From NCBI RefSeq assembly GCF_900215605.1, contig NZ_OBEL01000003.1, positions 319,523 through 383,522 of the forward strand: DNA of 64,000 bases. Reading direction: 5' to 3'. Below are positions 9,049 through 20,412 of this stretch, piece by piece. This stretch comes from Cohaesibacter gelatinilyticus. GTDB taxonomy: Bacteria > Pseudomonadota > Alphaproteobacteria > Rhizobiales > Cohaesibacteraceae. The translations under genes were made by a program, and so were the position numbers. The notes beneath the pieces were generated by a model, which did no database searches, was not told where the DNA came from, and was given only the letters and a program-made list of their open reading frames with translations. Every line of letters starts with the position of its first letter. The stretch's first letter is position 1.

Positions 9049-10278
9049 TCACTTGCTGAGAGTCTTGGCGATCTTCTCAATCACCTTGCGGGCTACATCG
9101 CCTTTGGGCATATCATCCCAAGCCTCAATGCCATCGCGGGTGATTATCTTGATCTGATTGCGATCACCACCCATGATGCCGGTCTCAGGCGAGACATCAT
9201 TGGCGATGATCCAGTCTGTGTTCTTCTTGGTCAGCTTGGCTTTGGCATGCTCTTCCACATTGGTGGTCTCGGCGGCAAAGCCGATCACCAGTTTGGGACG
9301 CTGGCTCTCGTGATGCCCAACAAAGCGGGCAATGTCGGGATTCTCGGAAAACTCCAGGCTTGGCAAGCTGCCATCAGCCTGTTTCTTGATTTTTTCCGTG
9401 CCCTGATTGGCAACCTTCCAGTCGGCCACAGCGGCCGCCATGATGGCGATATCGGCGGGCAGGACATTCGCCACTGCCTCATGCATTTCCTGCGCGGTTT
9501 CGACCGAAATACGCTCCACACCTGAAGGCGCATTCAATGTCACCGGGCCGGAGACCAACGTGACTTTCGCGCCAGCTTTCACTGCTTCCTTGGCCAAGGC
9601 ATAACCTTGCTTGCCGGAAGAGCGATTTGCGATATAGCGCACAGGATCAATCGGCTCATGGGTCGGGCCTGCAGTAATTACGACATGCTTGCCAGCAAGA
9701 GGACCGTTTTGCTGAATTTTGAGAGGTAGTGCGCCGGTATCGATATGCTCCTTGATGGCAGCGAGAATGTCTTCTGGCTCGCTCAAGCGACCAAAGCCTT
9801 CTTCATTGCAAGCCATCAATCCATAATCCGGGCCGACAATGACATGGCCATCGGCCTGCAAGGTCTTCACGTTGCGCTGCGTGGCATCATGTTCCCACAT
9901 GCGCACATTCATGGCAGGCGCAATCAAGATGCGTTTATCGGTGGCGAGCAAAGTGGTGGAAGCCAGATCATCCGCCAGACCATAAGCCATCTTGGCCATC
10001 AGATTGGCCGTGGCAGGCACCACAACAACCAGATCGGCATCACGGGACAGCTCGATATGACCGATCTCGGCTTCGCGTGTCAGATCGAAGAGCTTGGTCA
10101 GAGCTGGTTCGCCGGACAAGGTAGAGACAGTCAGAGGCGTGACAAATTCGGTTGCGGATTTGGTCAGGATGGCCTTGACGCTGGCACCTTCCTTTTTGAG
10201 AAGGCGGATCAGGTCAATGGCCTTGAAGGCTGCAATGCCACCAGAGATGATCAATAAAATTCGTTTATTGGTCAGCAT
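9049..10278 (-). CDS. coaBC: Bifunctional phosphopantothenoylcysteine decarboxylase / phosphopantothenate-cysteine ligase
   Basis: 409 aa. Flavoprotein N-domain [13 protein letters not shown] and CoaB C-domain GKQGYALA. Classic dfp-dut adjacency. Confidence 0.9.
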   Translation of the reverse strand: MLTNKRILLIISGGIAAFKAIDLIRLLKKEGASVKAILTKSATEFVTPLTVSTLSGEPALTKLFDLTREAEIGHIELSRDADLVVVVPATANLMAKMAYGLADDLASTTLLATDKRILIAPAMNVRMWEHDATQRNVKTLQADGHVIVGPDYGLMACNEEGFGRLSEPEDILAAIKEHIDTGALPLKIQQNGPLAGKHVVITAGPTHEPIDPVRYIANRSSGKQGYALAKEAVKAGAKVTLVSGPVTLNAPSGVERISVETAQEMHEAVANVLPADIAIMAAAVADWKVANQGTEKIKKQADGSLPSLEFSENPDIARFVGHHESQRPKLVIGFAAETTNVEEHAKAKLTKKNTDWIIANDVSPETGIMGGDRNQIKIITRDGIEAWDDMPKGDVARKVIEKIAKTLSK

Positions 10279-10299
10279 TCCAGCCTCCGCTCGTTGGTT

Positions 10300-11901
10300 T
10301 TACATCCAGATGCCAGCAGCAATTGCTGTCATGGCCGCAGCTATCACCCATAATGCCACGCGACCAGAACGGCTTTCCCGTGCTTCTGCCTTGCCGATTG
10401 CTGCAACGGTTTGAACATCCAGGCGCATACCATTGCGGCCCATTTCATCAAAGCTGACAGACAGACGCTCGGCCCGTTTGGCCATTTCCGGCAGACCAGC
10501 GGAAAGCTGAGCAAGGGATGCCAGGCCACCTGCTGCTTCCTTGATCTTGGCGCCGGGACCAAAATTCTCTTCCATCCAGCCTTTGACAACTGGCTCGGAT
10601 GTGTTCCAGAGATTGAGCTCATTGTCCATCATCCGGGCAACGCCTTCAACCACCACCATGGTCTTTTGCAAAAGGATCAACTGGGTCTGGGTATGCATGC
10701 CGAAGACTTCAGTAAACTCAAACAACTGCCCTAGCAGGTTGGCCATTGAGATCTCGTCCGCCGAGCGACCCTGAATGGGTTCACCAATGGAGCGAAGGGC
10801 CTGCGCAAAGGTTGCGACATCCTCACTTGGCGGTACATATCCAGCATCAAAATGTACTTGCGCCACGCGCATATAATTGCGTGAGATAAATCCATAGAGA
10901 ATTTCAGCCAGAAACAAACGCTCGGTCGGGCCGATACGGCCCATGATACCGAAATCAACGGCCACCAGACGACCATCGGGATCCATGAACAGATTGCCAG
11001 GATGCATGTCTGCATGGAAAAATCCATCGCGCAAAGCATGACGCAGGAAATTCTGAATGACACTGGAGCCAAGTTTCTTCAGATCCTGTCCCGAAGCCTT
11101 CAAGCCTTCCATATCATTGAGCTTGATGCCATCAATCCATTCCATGGTCATCACGCTTTTGCCGGATCGTTCCCAATGGATAGTCGGAACGCGAAAGTCT
11201 TGATCATCCGTGCAATGCTCCGCCATTTCGCTCATGGCAGCTGCTTCCAAGCGGAAATCCATCTCAAACTGGATGGAGCGGGCAAGCGTATCCACCACTG
11301 CAACTGGGCGCAGACGGCGTGCTGGTGCATGGATCTTTTCCAACAAGCGGGCGGCGGTATAAAAACCACCCAGATTGCGAGCAAAGCTCTCGGCAATTTT
11401 GGGCCGCAACACTTTGACCGCAACAGTCTGTTTCACGCCATCACGGTCAATAAAGCTGGCCTTATGAACCTGCGCAATGGATGCCGCAGCAACGGGTTCG
11501 GAGAATTCATCAAACAGCTCATCAACCGGTGCTCCTAGCGCCTTTTCAACCGCTTCCTTGGCCTCCTTCATGCCAAAAGCAGGCACACGATCCTGTAGGC
11601 TGGACAAGGCTTCCGCCAGTTCCGGCCCTACCACGTCAGGACGCGTTGCCAGGAACTGACCCATCTTGATGTAGGAAGGACCAAGACGGTTCAGAGCTAC
11701 ACTCAGGCGTTCGCCCTTGCTTTTGTCAGACAACCCAGAGCGCTCGAACAATTTTGCAATGGAGAGACCAAGGCGAGCTGGGAAAGGCAAATCAGCAGGC
11801 GGCTGAATAATGGAAAAGACGCCTTCACGCGCCAGAATGAAACCGGCGCGGGCCAGACGCAGCAAAGCGGACGAAGAGCCAATCATGCTTATAGTTTCCA
11901 C
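10300..11901 (-). CDS. ubiB: Ubiquinone biosynthesis regulatory protein kinase UbiB (ABC1 family)
   Basis: 533 aa. ABC1/ADCK kinase-like motifs [17 protein letters not shown] and HADMHPGN. C-terminal transmembrane helix. Confidence 0.9.
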   Translation of the reverse strand: METISMIGSSSALLRLARAGFILAREGVFSIIQPPADLPFPARLGLSIAKLFERSGLSDKSKGERLSVALNRLGPSYIKMGQFLATRPDVVGPELAEALSSLQDRVPAFGMKEAKEAVEKALGAPVDELFDEFSEPVAAASIAQVHKASFIDRDGVKQTVAVKVLRPKIAESFARNLGGFYTAARLLEKIHAPARRLRPVAVVDTLARSIQFEMDFRLEAAAMSEMAEHCTDDQDFRVPTIHWERSGKSVMTMEWIDGIKLNDMEGLKASGQDLKKLGSSVIQNFLRHALRDGFFHADMHPGNLFMDPDGRLVAVDFGIMGRIGPTERLFLAEILYGFISRNYMRVAQVHFDAGYVPPSEDVATFAQALRSIGEPIQGRSADEISMANLLGQLFEFTEVFGMHTQTQLILLQKTMVVVEGVARMMDNELNLWNTSEPVVKGWMEENFGPGAKIKEAAGGLASLAQLSAGLPEMAKRAERLSVSFDEMGRNGMRLDVQTVAAIGKAEARESRSGRVALWVIAAAMTAIAAGIWM

Positions 11902-12698
11902 CCTGAATGCATGGCGGAAATGCCACCGGAAAGATTGCGGAAGGAGACTTGTGCAAAGCCAGCCCCTTCAATCATGGCTTTGAAACGTGCCTGATTGGGG
12001 AATTTGCGAATGGATTCGACCAGATAACTGTAACTTTCGGCATCACCTGTCACCAAACCGCCGATCTTTGGGATCGCATGAAAGGAAAAGAGGTCATAGA
12101 CCTTGTCCAGAACCGGCATCTCCACGTTGGAGAATTCCAGCACCATGATCCGGCCACCGCGTTTCAAGACGCGATGCGCTTCCGATAGGGCTTTATCGAT
12201 GCGGGGAACATTGCGGATACCATAAGCAATGGTATAGGCGTCAAAGCTATTGTCTTCGAAGGGAAGATCCTCGGCATTGCCTTGAACAAAATCCAGATTG
12301 TCCATCAGGCCTTTGTCACGTGCGCGGTCACGACCGACACCCAACATGGAACCATTGATATCAAAGACGGTCGAATGGGCATTGCCCTTGGCGCGATCCA
12401 CAACGCGGAAAGAGATATCACCAGTACCACCCGCCACATCCAGAAGTTTGAACGGGCTGGCTGAGCGCTGTGGTGGATTGAGCCAGGCCACAAAGGCATC
12501 TTTCCAAAGGCGGTGCATGCCACCAGACATCAAATCATTCATCAGGTCATAGCGTTCAGCGACCTTGTGAAAGACATCATTGACCAGAGGCTGCTTGTTG
12601 CCCTCTTTGACTTGTTCAAAGCCGAAGGAAGTCGCCATATCAGTGACGTCTTCGGTTCGTTTTTGGTTGCCAGTAGCCATTGTTTTTTCTTCTGCCAA
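11889..12698 (-). CDS. ubiE: Ubiquinone/menaquinone biosynthesis C-methyltransferase UbiE
   Basis: 269 aa. SAM motif [12 protein letters not shown]. Overlaps ubiB by 13 nt in the conserved ubiE-ubiB arrangement. Confidence 0.9.
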   Translation of the reverse strand: MAEEKTMATGNQKRTEDVTDMATSFGFEQVKEGNKQPLVNDVFHKVAERYDLMNDLMSGGMHRLWKDAFVAWLNPPQRSASPFKLLDVAGGTGDISFRVVDRAKGNAHSTVFDINGSMLGVGRDRARDKGLMDNLDFVQGNAEDLPFEDNSFDAYTIAYGIRNVPRIDKALSEAHRVLKRGGRIMVLEFSNVEMPVLDKVYDLFSFHAIPKIGGLVTGDAESYSYLVESIRKFPNQARFKAMIEGAGFAQVSFRNLSGGISAMHSGWKL

Positions 12699-12821
12699 TC
12701 TGAATAGAGCTCACGCCGTTGTGTTAAAGGCGGGCTCAGCATTGCAAACTTTGCTGGACCATAGCCTATCGGATTGAAAATATCCATGACGTTACCAGCG
12801 TCAAAATAGCTTTTTAAGAAG

Positions 12822-13610
12822 CTACATATGCTCATTATTCTTGGTTTCAGCGCTGATGTTTTTCGGTTCAATGGTGAGCAGATTGGGATAATCAATCTTG
12901 CCCCAACCAAGGGTCAGTTTGAAGGTTTGCAGGTCCTGCGTTCCCAGAAGCATCTGATCTTGCCGCGAAAGCTCGGCTATTTTTTCTCGCAAGACCTCAA
13001 TTTCCCCTCGGATATGCGTAAAAGTGTCTCTGCTCATCTTACGAGACAGGGTCGCAAACAGATCGCCATCCTCATGAGATGGATCATCAATCAGTCGACC
13101 TAAAAATGTGGTGTTGAGCTGCTTGAGCAAGGACCGTAACGGGCCATCGGCACGAAATCGGATCGGGCCATGATTGGCAAGCCGAACCACACCACTCTCA
13201 TCAACTCGCGCCAATCCCAGCCGTTCCAAAGCGAGACCATAGAGAAAGATATCCTCCCCGCTTAGCTGATAGCGAAGGCGAATATCTTCGGCTGTCTCTG
13301 TTTCGCGCAACAGAATGAAGAAATGAAAGAGCGAGGGGTCACTGGCCAGTTTGGCTTCTACCTGTCGATCCAGCTCAATGGGACCGGACTGGTGGCGTTT
13401 GGAGAGATCAAACAGATCGGATGGGTCCAGATCCAGCAGCCCACATATTTTCATCAGCCGTGAAAGCTTGCAGTCGCGTTCGGCAAACATGCGCTTGATG
13501 CTGGGTTCTGACAAATCAAGCAACTCGGCCAATTGCGCATAGGTCATGCTCCGGGCCTTCATGGCCCGTTTGATCAAGTCAAAGGCGTCGAGACGCAATC
13601 CATCATTCAT
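12822..13610 (-). CDS. XRE-family helix-turn-helix transcriptional regulator with a long uncharacterised C-terminal domain
   Basis: HTH region MTYAQLAELLDLSEPSIKRMFAERDCKLSRLMKICGLLDLDPSDLF. Start chosen at MNDGLRL. The upstream 33 codons in the ORF look non-native. Confidence 0.6.
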   Translation of the reverse strand: MNDGLRLDAFDLIKRAMKARSMTYAQLAELLDLSEPSIKRMFAERDCKLSRLMKICGLLDLDPSDLFDLSKRHQSGPIELDRQVEAKLASDPSLFHFFILLRETETAEDIRLRYQLSGEDIFLYGLALERLGLARVDESGVVRLANHGPIRFRADGPLRSLLKQLNTTFLGRLIDDPSHEDGDLFATLSRKMSRDTFTHIRGEIEVLREKIAELSRQDQMLLGTQDLQTFKLTLGWGKIDYPNLLTIEPKNISAETKNNEHM

Positions 13611-13718
13611 GATGCCAAATTCTCCGATAAAGGATCGAAAATCAATACTATAGGAAATCAATTTGAAGAAAAAGACGCAAATTGATAGCCCGAAGGCAAC
13701 TTTCAACACAAGATCTCC

Positions 13719-14582
13719 ATGGAGAAAATGATGAAAAATTTCCTGGTTGCCACTTCAATCGCGCTTGTAAGCCTGTTTGCAAACCCAATTAATGTATCCG
13801 CGCAAGAGGATTGGTCATTGAGTGGCTTTAGCTGGCCAGAATCTGCCTTGTGGGACAAGGCCAGGCAGCATTACATCCTCTCGAATATAAATGGCAATCC
13901 AACGGAAGCGGATGGCAAGGGCTATCTGTCCAAGATCAGCTCTGACGGCAAGGTGTTAAAGGCGAAATGGGTAACCGGCCTTGATGCTCCCAAGGGCATG
14001 GCGCTGGTTGGGCATGATCTGATCGTTGCAGATCTTGGCAATATTCATGTAATCGATGGCAAAACCGGTGAGAAACGAGAAACCATTGCCGTCCCGGGCG
14101 CCAAGCTTCTCAACGATGTTACCAGTAATGGCAAGGAGGCCTGGATCAGTGACTGGATGGGCAATGGTATCTGGCATTATCGCGATGGCAAGGTGACGCT
14201 CTGGTATCAAGGCGAGGAAATCATTCATCCCAATGGTCTGCTGGTTGAGAATGACCACTTATTGGTGGGAACATGGGGTGAGGAGATTCAGCCAGATTTC
14301 ACGACCAAAGTGCCCGGCGACTTGAAGGCGATCTCGCTGAAGGAGAAGACAGTCACCACCCTTGCCAAAAGCGTTGGCAATCTTGATGGGGTCATTCGAT
14401 TCAAAGGACGTCTTCTGACCAATGACTGGATCACGGGTCAGATCTTCGAGATCTCAGACACTGGCGAAGCAAAGGAAATCATGAAGCTGAAACAAGGCCT
14501 TGCTGATATTTCCCATGACGGCTCTGCCCTTCTTCTGCCTTTCATGCTAGAGGGTGAGTTGAAAAGACAAGAGCTCAAGTAA
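13719..14582 (+). CDS. Secreted beta-propeller-like hypothetical protein (SMP-30/gluconolactonase/NHL-like repeats)
   Basis: 287 aa. Signal peptide MKNFLVATSIALVSLFANPINVSA. Repetitive G-rich or W-containing beta-strand blocks. Divergently oriented from the XRE regulator. Confidence 0.45.
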   Translation: MEKMMKNFLVATSIALVSLFANPINVSAQEDWSLSGFSWPESALWDKARQHYILSNINGNPTEADGKGYLSKISSDGKVLKAKWVTGLDAPKGMALVGHDLIVADLGNIHVIDGKTGEKRETIAVPGAKLLNDVTSNGKEAWISDWMGNGIWHYRDGKVTLWYQGEEIIHPNGLLVENDHLLVGTWGEEIQPDFTTKVPGDLKAISLKEKTVTTLAKSVGNLDGVIRFKGRLLTNDWITGQIFEISDTGEAKEIMKLKQGLADISHDGSALLLPFMLEGELKRQELK

Positions 14583-14605
14583 GCCAATATCAGGGAAGAT
14601 CATCC

Positions 14606-15493
14606 ATGCCAGAATTACCAGAGGTGGAGACTGTACGCTCCGGACTTGCCCCATTCATGGAAGGTGAGACCATCGAAAAAGCGGAAGTTCGCCGTCCAAA
14701 TCTGCGGTTTGATTTTCCTCACTTGATGGCAGAACGCTTGAAAGGCCGAGAGATCACAAGCCTTGGCCGCCGCTCCAAATATCTGCTGGCTGATCTGGAT
14801 GACGGACAAGTGCTCGTCATCCATCTCGGCATGTCCGGCTCGTTTCGTGTGATTGAAAAGGGTGAAGCGCATCTGATTGCCGATGAGGCCTTTCATATCG
14901 AGCGGGGTAAACGACCCAAGCATGATCATGTCGTGCTCCATATGAGCAATGGAGCTGTGATCCTCTATAATGATCCCCGCCGCTTCGGTTTCTTCGACTT
15001 GATTGCCCGATCTGAACTGGCTGATCATGCCTATTTTGCCAAAATGGGCGTCGAACCAGTGGGCAACGAATTAAGCGCGGATCATCTGGCCCCGTTGTTT
15101 GCCAGCCGAAAAGCACCGCTCAAAGCGGTTTTGCTGGACCAGCATGTGATCGCCGGGCTTGGTAATATCTATGTTTGCGAAGCCCTGCATCGTTCGGGTC
15201 TTGATCCGCGAAAGCCTGCCAGAGAGCTGGTAACGAAAAGCGGCAAGCCATCCAAAAAACTGGAACTGCTGACCGACGAGATCCGTGCAACCATTGCCGA
15301 GGCAATCAAGGCTGGTGGCTCGACTTTGAAAGATCACACCAAGGCGGATGGCACATTGGGTTATTTCCAGCATTCCTTCAAGACCTATGACAGGGAAGGT
15401 GAGCCGTGCAACAAGGAAGGGTGCAAAGGCAGTATCGAGCGGATCGTTCAGTCCGGCCGTTCCACTTTCTTCTGTTCGTCCTGCCAGAAGTAA
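14606..15493 (+). CDS. mutM: Formamidopyrimidine-DNA glycosylase
   Basis: 295 aa. N-terminal PELPEVE (catalytic Pro2 and Glu3). H2TH motif. C-terminal zinc finger CxxC...CxxC (CNKEGCKGS...FFCSSCQ). Confidence 0.9.
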   Translation: MPELPEVETVRSGLAPFMEGETIEKAEVRRPNLRFDFPHLMAERLKGREITSLGRRSKYLLADLDDGQVLVIHLGMSGSFRVIEKGEAHLIADEAFHIERGKRPKHDHVVLHMSNGAVILYNDPRRFGFFDLIARSELADHAYFAKMGVEPVGNELSADHLAPLFASRKAPLKAVLLDQHVIAGLGNIYVCEALHRSGLDPRKPARELVTKSGKPSKKLELLTDEIRATIAEAIKAGGSTLKDHTKADGTLGYFQHSFKTYDREGEPCNKEGCKGSIERIVQSGRSTFFCSSCQK

Positions 15494-15505
15494 ATCCGCG
15501 CAAAT

Positions 15506-16447
15506 TCAGAATGATCTCGGAGCTCGCATCGGCAAGATCCCATCACTTCCTGCAATCAGCGATGGAACTGTGGTCTGGATGTAATCGATAAAGTCAGCGA
15601 TATGCGGTCGCATACCGAGCTCTTTTGGCCAGATCCAGCAAAACTCAAAGGAAGCATCAGTGCCATCCCTCAATGTCAAAGGATAGGCGTTGCTACGTGA
15701 TTGAGAGATCTTTGCCTGCGGCAAAATGCCAGAGCCGATGCCCAAGTCCGCCCATTCTTCTATCACCTGATAGGAAATTGCCTGCCCGCGATAAGGCGTG
15801 AGTGCTGCGCCTTCGTTCTTGAATAGATGATCAAGAGAACCATTCAAGCCGCATCCTCCACCGGTCATGATGACAGGATCGGAGGGCAGGTCTGTAAGCT
15901 TTAAAATACCCCCTGGTTTGGTAAGATCTGTTCCATCCCTTGCGATATAAAAGAGCGGATCCTCATAGAAGGATACATGCTCATATTCTTCTGAAAGCAT
16001 GCTGGAGGGAATGATGGCGATATCAATGACATCACCTCGCAAACGTTCTGATAAGTCATCCAGCAGGCATTCTTTGAAGAAGAGCTCAATATCTTGATAT
16101 TTATGACAAAAGGGCTGCAGAATATGATTGAGAAGTCCCATATCAACAAGGGGCGAAAAGCCAATGCGCAGCAATTTATGGCTGGGATCGTGATAGGTTT
16201 TGGCGGTTTGCAAAACTTCCTGTTCGGCCAATAATACCTCTTCAATCCGGCCAAGAATGTGATTGCCAAATGCTGTCAGCTCTACTTTGCGTGTGGTGCG
16301 ATCAAACAGCCTGCCGCCAAGTTCTTCTTCCAGCTGGGCAATGGCATTGGAGAGCGTTGGCTGCGTCGCGCAGCATTGTTCAGCCGCTTTGGAGAAGGAG
16401 CCGGTCTCTGCGACGCTTTTGACAAATCTGAGTTGGCGCAATTTCAT
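15506..16447 (-). CDS. LysR-family transcriptional regulator (OxyR-like regulatory domain)
   Basis: 313 aa. N-terminal HTH LRQLRFVKSVAETGSFSKAAEQCCATQPTLSNAIAQLE. Region GGGCGLNGS...GSGILP aligns with the OxyR Cys199 region (GHC...GSGITLLP) by eye. There is only one Cys in that region. Confidence 0.75.
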   Translation of the reverse strand: MKLRQLRFVKSVAETGSFSKAAEQCCATQPTLSNAIAQLEEELGGRLFDRTTRKVELTAFGNHILGRIEEVLLAEQEVLQTAKTYHDPSHKLLRIGFSPLVDMGLLNHILQPFCHKYQDIELFFKECLLDDLSERLRGDVIDIAIIPSSMLSEEYEHVSFYEDPLFYIARDGTDLTKPGGILKLTDLPSDPVIMTGGGCGLNGSLDHLFKNEGAALTPYRGQAISYQVIEEWADLGIGSGILPQAKISQSRSNAYPLTLRDGTDASFEFCWIWPKELGMRPHIADFIDYIQTTVPSLIAGSDGILPMRAPRSF

Positions 16448-16581
16448 TTATATCATTTCTCTATAAATAACATTCAAAACTATAATTTCTAATATAATAT
16501 ATTTTTCTCTAGCTTTTTGGCAAGACCAAACCGGGCATCTCGTCAAGGAAGAGAGGTGCCAGCCAAAACTGGAGTAGATCA

Positions 16582-17058
16582 ATGTTGATCAGATCTGTAT
16601 CTCGGACCAACCCTCTTAAAATCCTTGCCTTGGCAGCATTTCTGGCAGTGCCTGCCCTGTCCATGCCAACGGTCGTTGTTGCGGCTGAACAGCCGACCCT
16701 TTACGAGCGCCTGGGCGGCTATGATGCCATCACCGCTGTCACCCATGATGTGGCCGCGCGCCTGATGGCAGATCCGAAAATGGGACGTTTCTGGGCGCAT
16801 CGCGGTAAAGACGGTATTGATCGCGAAGTGCAATTGATTATCGATTTCATTGCCAATCAGGCTGGTGGCCCTCGCTATTACACTGGCCGCGACATGAAGC
16901 TGACCCATATTGGCATGCGCATTGATGGTGAGGATTGGGACCGTCTGATCACCCACCTCAAAGCCACGCTCGACAAGTTCAATGTGCCGGAAAAAGAACG
17001 GGCTGATGTGGTGGCTTTCTTTGAAGGCACCCGCAAGGACATTGTTGAAGTGAAATAA
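16582..17058 (+). CDS. Group I truncated hemoglobin (trHbN-like) with N-terminal Sec-type signal peptide
   Basis: 158 aa. Signal region LKILALAAFLAVPALSMPTVVVAAE followed by the trHb hallmark LYERLGG...AI. Proximal-His region HIGM. Confidence 0.7.
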   Translation: MLIRSVSRTNPLKILALAAFLAVPALSMPTVVVAAEQPTLYERLGGYDAITAVTHDVAARLMADPKMGRFWAHRGKDGIDREVQLIIDFIANQAGGPRYYTGRDMKLTHIGMRIDGEDWDRLITHLKATLDKFNVPEKERADVVAFFEGTRKDIVEVK

Positions 17059-17160
17059 TCCTCTTGCCCTGCCAGCTTCGGCCCTCTCCCCGAGGCCAAT
17101 CATGACGCACTTCAGAACAAAGCTGGCAGGGCATCTTTCCTGATTTTTGGGAGAGAGAAA

Positions 17161-18474
17161 ATGTATGGACCCAATATAGAATTGATGATGATCCTGTTCT
17201 CTGCCCTCGGGTTGGGAATGCTCGCACTGGCGCTGGTCTCCAAAGAACTGGCTCAAAGAGTAAGGTTGGGCGGACAGGGTCGACTATTTCTGGCATGTGG
17301 CCTTGGTTTGGGTGTTTTTGCTTTGTCCATCAAAGCAGGTGTCATCCTCTATCTGGAGGCGACCAACCCAAACCTGGCGTCAGCCAGATTGGCGCAAACA
17401 GTGCCTTTGCCGCCTCAGTCTCCCAAGTCAACCAAGGTCGTAACCTTGCCTGCCCAATTGGCAAAATCAGGCAACTGGAGCACCTGGCAGGCACTGCCTC
17501 GAATTGCCAAGGCTCCAGCGAATAATCCGCAAAGTCTGGCCAAAGCCAAATTGGGCAAGAAACTATTCTTTGACAAGAATCTTTCCATTGACCGCACGGT
17601 CTCCTGTGCCTCTTGTCATGATCTGGAAGCTGGCGGAGATGATAATGCCCCCGTTTCAACGGGAGTTGGCGGGCAAAAGGGTGGCGTGAGCGCACCAACG
17701 GTCCTGAATGCCGCTTTCCTGACGCGGCTCTTTTGGGATGGTCGGGCAGCAAGTCTGGAAGATCAGGCCAAACAGCCTTTCATCAATCCGGTGGAAATGG
17801 CGATGCCACATTGGCAAGCCGTGGAAGAGCGGGTCAAAGCCAATGATGATTATGCACCAATGTTTGAACGGGCCTTCGGCCAAGAGGCAAGGATCGATAT
17901 TGATGCTATCGCAAAAGCCATTGCCTCTTATGAGAGACTATTGATAACGCCCAATGCGCCTTATGATCGTTTCATTGCCGGAGATGATACGGCGCTTAAT
18001 GCTCAGCAATTGCGGGGGATGGCACTGTTTCAGGAAGTGGGATGCCGGACTTGTCATATTGATCCGGTTTTTTCGGCCGCAGGTCAGGTGAAGAATATCG
18101 GAACTTACCGATCCTTCCCGGTTTTTGCTGACAATAGCTATGTCACAAAATACGATCTTCTGGTCGACGGAGAGCCATCGGTTTGGCGCGTACCAAGTCT
18201 GCGCAACATCGCACAGACCGGGCCCTATTTTCACAATGGCGCGGTGAAGGATCTGAAGGAGGCAATCCGCATCATGGCGGTCTCGCAACTGGGGAAAGTC
18301 ATCAGTGATGACCCTTCCGATGATCTCGCAATCTCATCGGTGTCTGTCGGTGAAGCACAAAACCAAAGGCGTTTGACAATCTTGCGCGATCAGGCTTTGA
18401 ACAGTCAGGATATCGAAGACTTGGAGGCTTTTCTGAAAAGCCTGTCGGGGGATGTGTCCGAACTGAATTTCTGA
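17161..18474 (+). CDS. Di-heme cytochrome c peroxidase (CCP/MauG family) with about 100-aa N-terminal membrane-anchor extension
   Basis: 437 aa. Two CxxCH heme motifs (CASCH and CRTCH) and the conserved CCP core FFDKNLS, LFWDGRA and GPYFHNG. The N-terminus has two hydrophobic helices. Confidence 0.8.
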   Translation: MYGPNIELMMILFSALGLGMLALALVSKELAQRVRLGGQGRLFLACGLGLGVFALSIKAGVILYLEATNPNLASARLAQTVPLPPQSPKSTKVVTLPAQLAKSGNWSTWQALPRIAKAPANNPQSLAKAKLGKKLFFDKNLSIDRTVSCASCHDLEAGGDDNAPVSTGVGGQKGGVSAPTVLNAAFLTRLFWDGRAASLEDQAKQPFINPVEMAMPHWQAVEERVKANDDYAPMFERAFGQEARIDIDAIAKAIASYERLLITPNAPYDRFIAGDDTALNAQQLRGMALFQEVGCRTCHIDPVFSAAGQVKNIGTYRSFPVFADNSYVTKYDLLVDGEPSVWRVPSLRNIAQTGPYFHNGAVKDLKEAIRIMAVSQLGKVISDDPSDDLAISSVSVGEAQNQRRLTILRDQALNSQDIEDLEAFLKSLSGDVSELNF

Positions 18475-18491
18475 CTCAAGATCAACTAGTT

Positions 18492-18518
18492 AAAAGGCTG
18501 CCTTTTTGGCAGCCTTTT
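18492..18518. terminator. Bidirectional rho-independent terminator between convergent ccp and argB (AAAAGGCTGCC-ttttt-GGCAGCCTTTT)
   Basis: Perfect hairpin flanked by A- and T-runs on both strands. Confidence 0.65.
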
Positions 18519-18541
18519 GAGCTTCAGATGTAGAACCAAAT

Positions 18542-19462
18542 TTAATTATGCTTGATGAGTGTACCGGCGCCGCCCTCAGTAAACAGTTCCAGCAAGACGG
18601 CATGAGGGACTTTCCCGTCCAGGATGACAACCCCTTCCACGCCTTGGTTGAGCGCGTCGATGCATGTTTCGACTTTCGGGATCATGCCACCGGAAATGGT
18701 GCCATCAGCAATCAGGGCGTGGGCCTCCTTGATGGTAAGTTCCTTGATGAGCGTACCATTCTTGTCCAGAACACCGGGAACATCGGTCAGGAACAATAGC
18801 CGCTTGGCATTGACTGAACCGGCAATGGCACCAGCAAAGGTATCGGCATTGATATTATATGTATGACCATCTGCACCGGGTGCGACCGGTGCAATTACCG
18901 GAATCAGGGCATCCTTGGCCACCATGTCGATGACAGAGCGATCCACTTTCTTGGGCTCACCCACGAAACCAAGATCAACCACTTCTTCAATGGAACTATC
19001 AGGATCGCGAATGGTACGTGTCAGTTTTTCGGCAATCACCATATTGCCATCCTTGCCGCATAGGCCAACGGCGCGACCACCTTCCGCATTGATATTGCGA
19101 ACGATGCTCTTGTTGATGGAACCGGCCAACACCATTTCCACCACTTCCACAGTTCGCTGATCGGTGACGCGCAAACCGCCCTTGAACTCGCTTTCAATAC
19201 CCAGACGAGACAACATGGTCTTGATCTGGGGACCGCCGCCATGCACGACAACCGGTTTCACTCCGGATTGCTTGAGCAGCACAATATCGCGTGCAAAGGC
19301 TTCAGAAAGATCCTCATCACCCATGGCATGACCGCCATATTTCACCACAACGGACTCTCCGTCATAGCGCTGCATGTAAGGCAAGGCTTCGGAGATGACC
19401 TTGGCGCGGTTATGAGGCTTCTGGGCTTGCTGATTTTCTGGCTCGGACATGATCAAACTCAA
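18542..19462 (-). CDS. argB: Acetylglutamate kinase
   Basis: 306 aa. VVKYGGHAM and VHGGGPQI amino-acid-kinase motifs. Confidence 0.9.
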   Translation of the reverse strand: MSLIMSEPENQQAQKPHNRAKVISEALPYMQRYDGESVVVKYGGHAMGDEDLSEAFARDIVLLKQSGVKPVVVHGGGPQIKTMLSRLGIESEFKGGLRVTDQRTVEVVEMVLAGSINKSIVRNINAEGGRAVGLCGKDGNMVIAEKLTRTIRDPDSSIEEVVDLGFVGEPKKVDRSVIDMVAKDALIPVIAPVAPGADGHTYNINADTFAGAIAGSVNAKRLLFLTDVPGVLDKNGTLIKELTIKEAHALIADGTISGGMIPKVETCIDALNQGVEGVVILDGKVPHAVLLELFTEGGAGTLIKHN

Positions 19463-19597
19463 TGTGGAATTACAGTACTAGCTCTATAGCCTTCGAAAAC
19501 CCCAATTGCAATGGATTATAGGGAGTTAAGCTTTTAATTCGGCATTTTCTGCTGCCTTAAGAGTGACCTCAGAAAGCTCCCGATCAACTCGCACAAT

Positions 19598-20314
19598 CTA
19601 CAGCCCTTCGGACAAAAGCAGCATTTCGGACCGAAGGCGTGCAATGCCAATTTTCTTGTCAGAAGATGTGAGTAAGACTTCCGGGTGAGCTGCTGGTCTT
19701 TTTTTCAAACCCAGCTCTACTTTTCCAATGATCTTTTTAAGATCATTCAGTTTTGTTTTGTCTACTTTGGTCAAAACAACCTGATAATTGACTGCTGCCT
19801 TGTCGAGCGTATCCATGACTTCTATATCGTTTGGCTTCAAACCATGACGACTATCAATCAGAACATAGACACGACGCAGGTTTGGGCGACCGCGCAGATA
19901 GTCCAGAATGAGTTCGTTCCATGCAGCGACCTCTTTCTTGGATGCACGGGCATAGCCATACCCTGGCATATCGCAGATCACGAGTGTCGGATCTTTCTCC
20001 GGGCGAAAAAAGTTCAACTCCTTGGTACGGCCAGGAGTATTGGAGGTGCGAGCCAGCGACTTGCGGCCAGTAATGGCGTTCAAAAGAGAGCTTTTCCCAA
20101 CATTGGAACGACCGGCAAAGGCAATTTCCACGCCTTCAATGGGAGGGAGCTGGTGAAAGAACTTGGTGCCCCACATGAAGTCCCAGCTTTGGGCAAACAG
20201 TTTGCGGCCACGCTCTACCACACCGGGATCCAGCTCTGCCTCACCCACCAATGCCGCAAGGTTGGCCTGTTCTTCTTTATGAGCGGAGGAAACTGGTTGG
20301 TTCGGATCGGTCAT
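19598..20314 (-). CDS. engB: Ribosome biogenesis GTP-binding protein YihA/EngB
   Basis: 238 aa. G1 [12 protein letters not shown] and G4 TKVDK motifs. Confidence 0.85.
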   Translation of the reverse strand: MTDPNQPVSSAHKEEQANLAALVGEAELDPGVVERGRKLFAQSWDFMWGTKFFHQLPPIEGVEIAFAGRSNVGKSSLLNAITGRKSLARTSNTPGRTKELNFFRPEKDPTLVICDMPGYGYARASKKEVAAWNELILDYLRGRPNLRRVYVLIDSRHGLKPNDIEVMDTLDKAAVNYQVVLTKVDKTKLNDLKKIIGKVELGLKKRPAAHPEVLLTSSDKKIGIARLRSEMLLLSEGL

Positions 20315-20412
20315 GGATTATATCCAACTTTGCGGTCTGCAGGTGGGCATCTGAATGTCGGCCTTGGTTAGCCGGATTAAGGCCCACCTGCAAGACATTA
20401 TGCGTCATTTGG

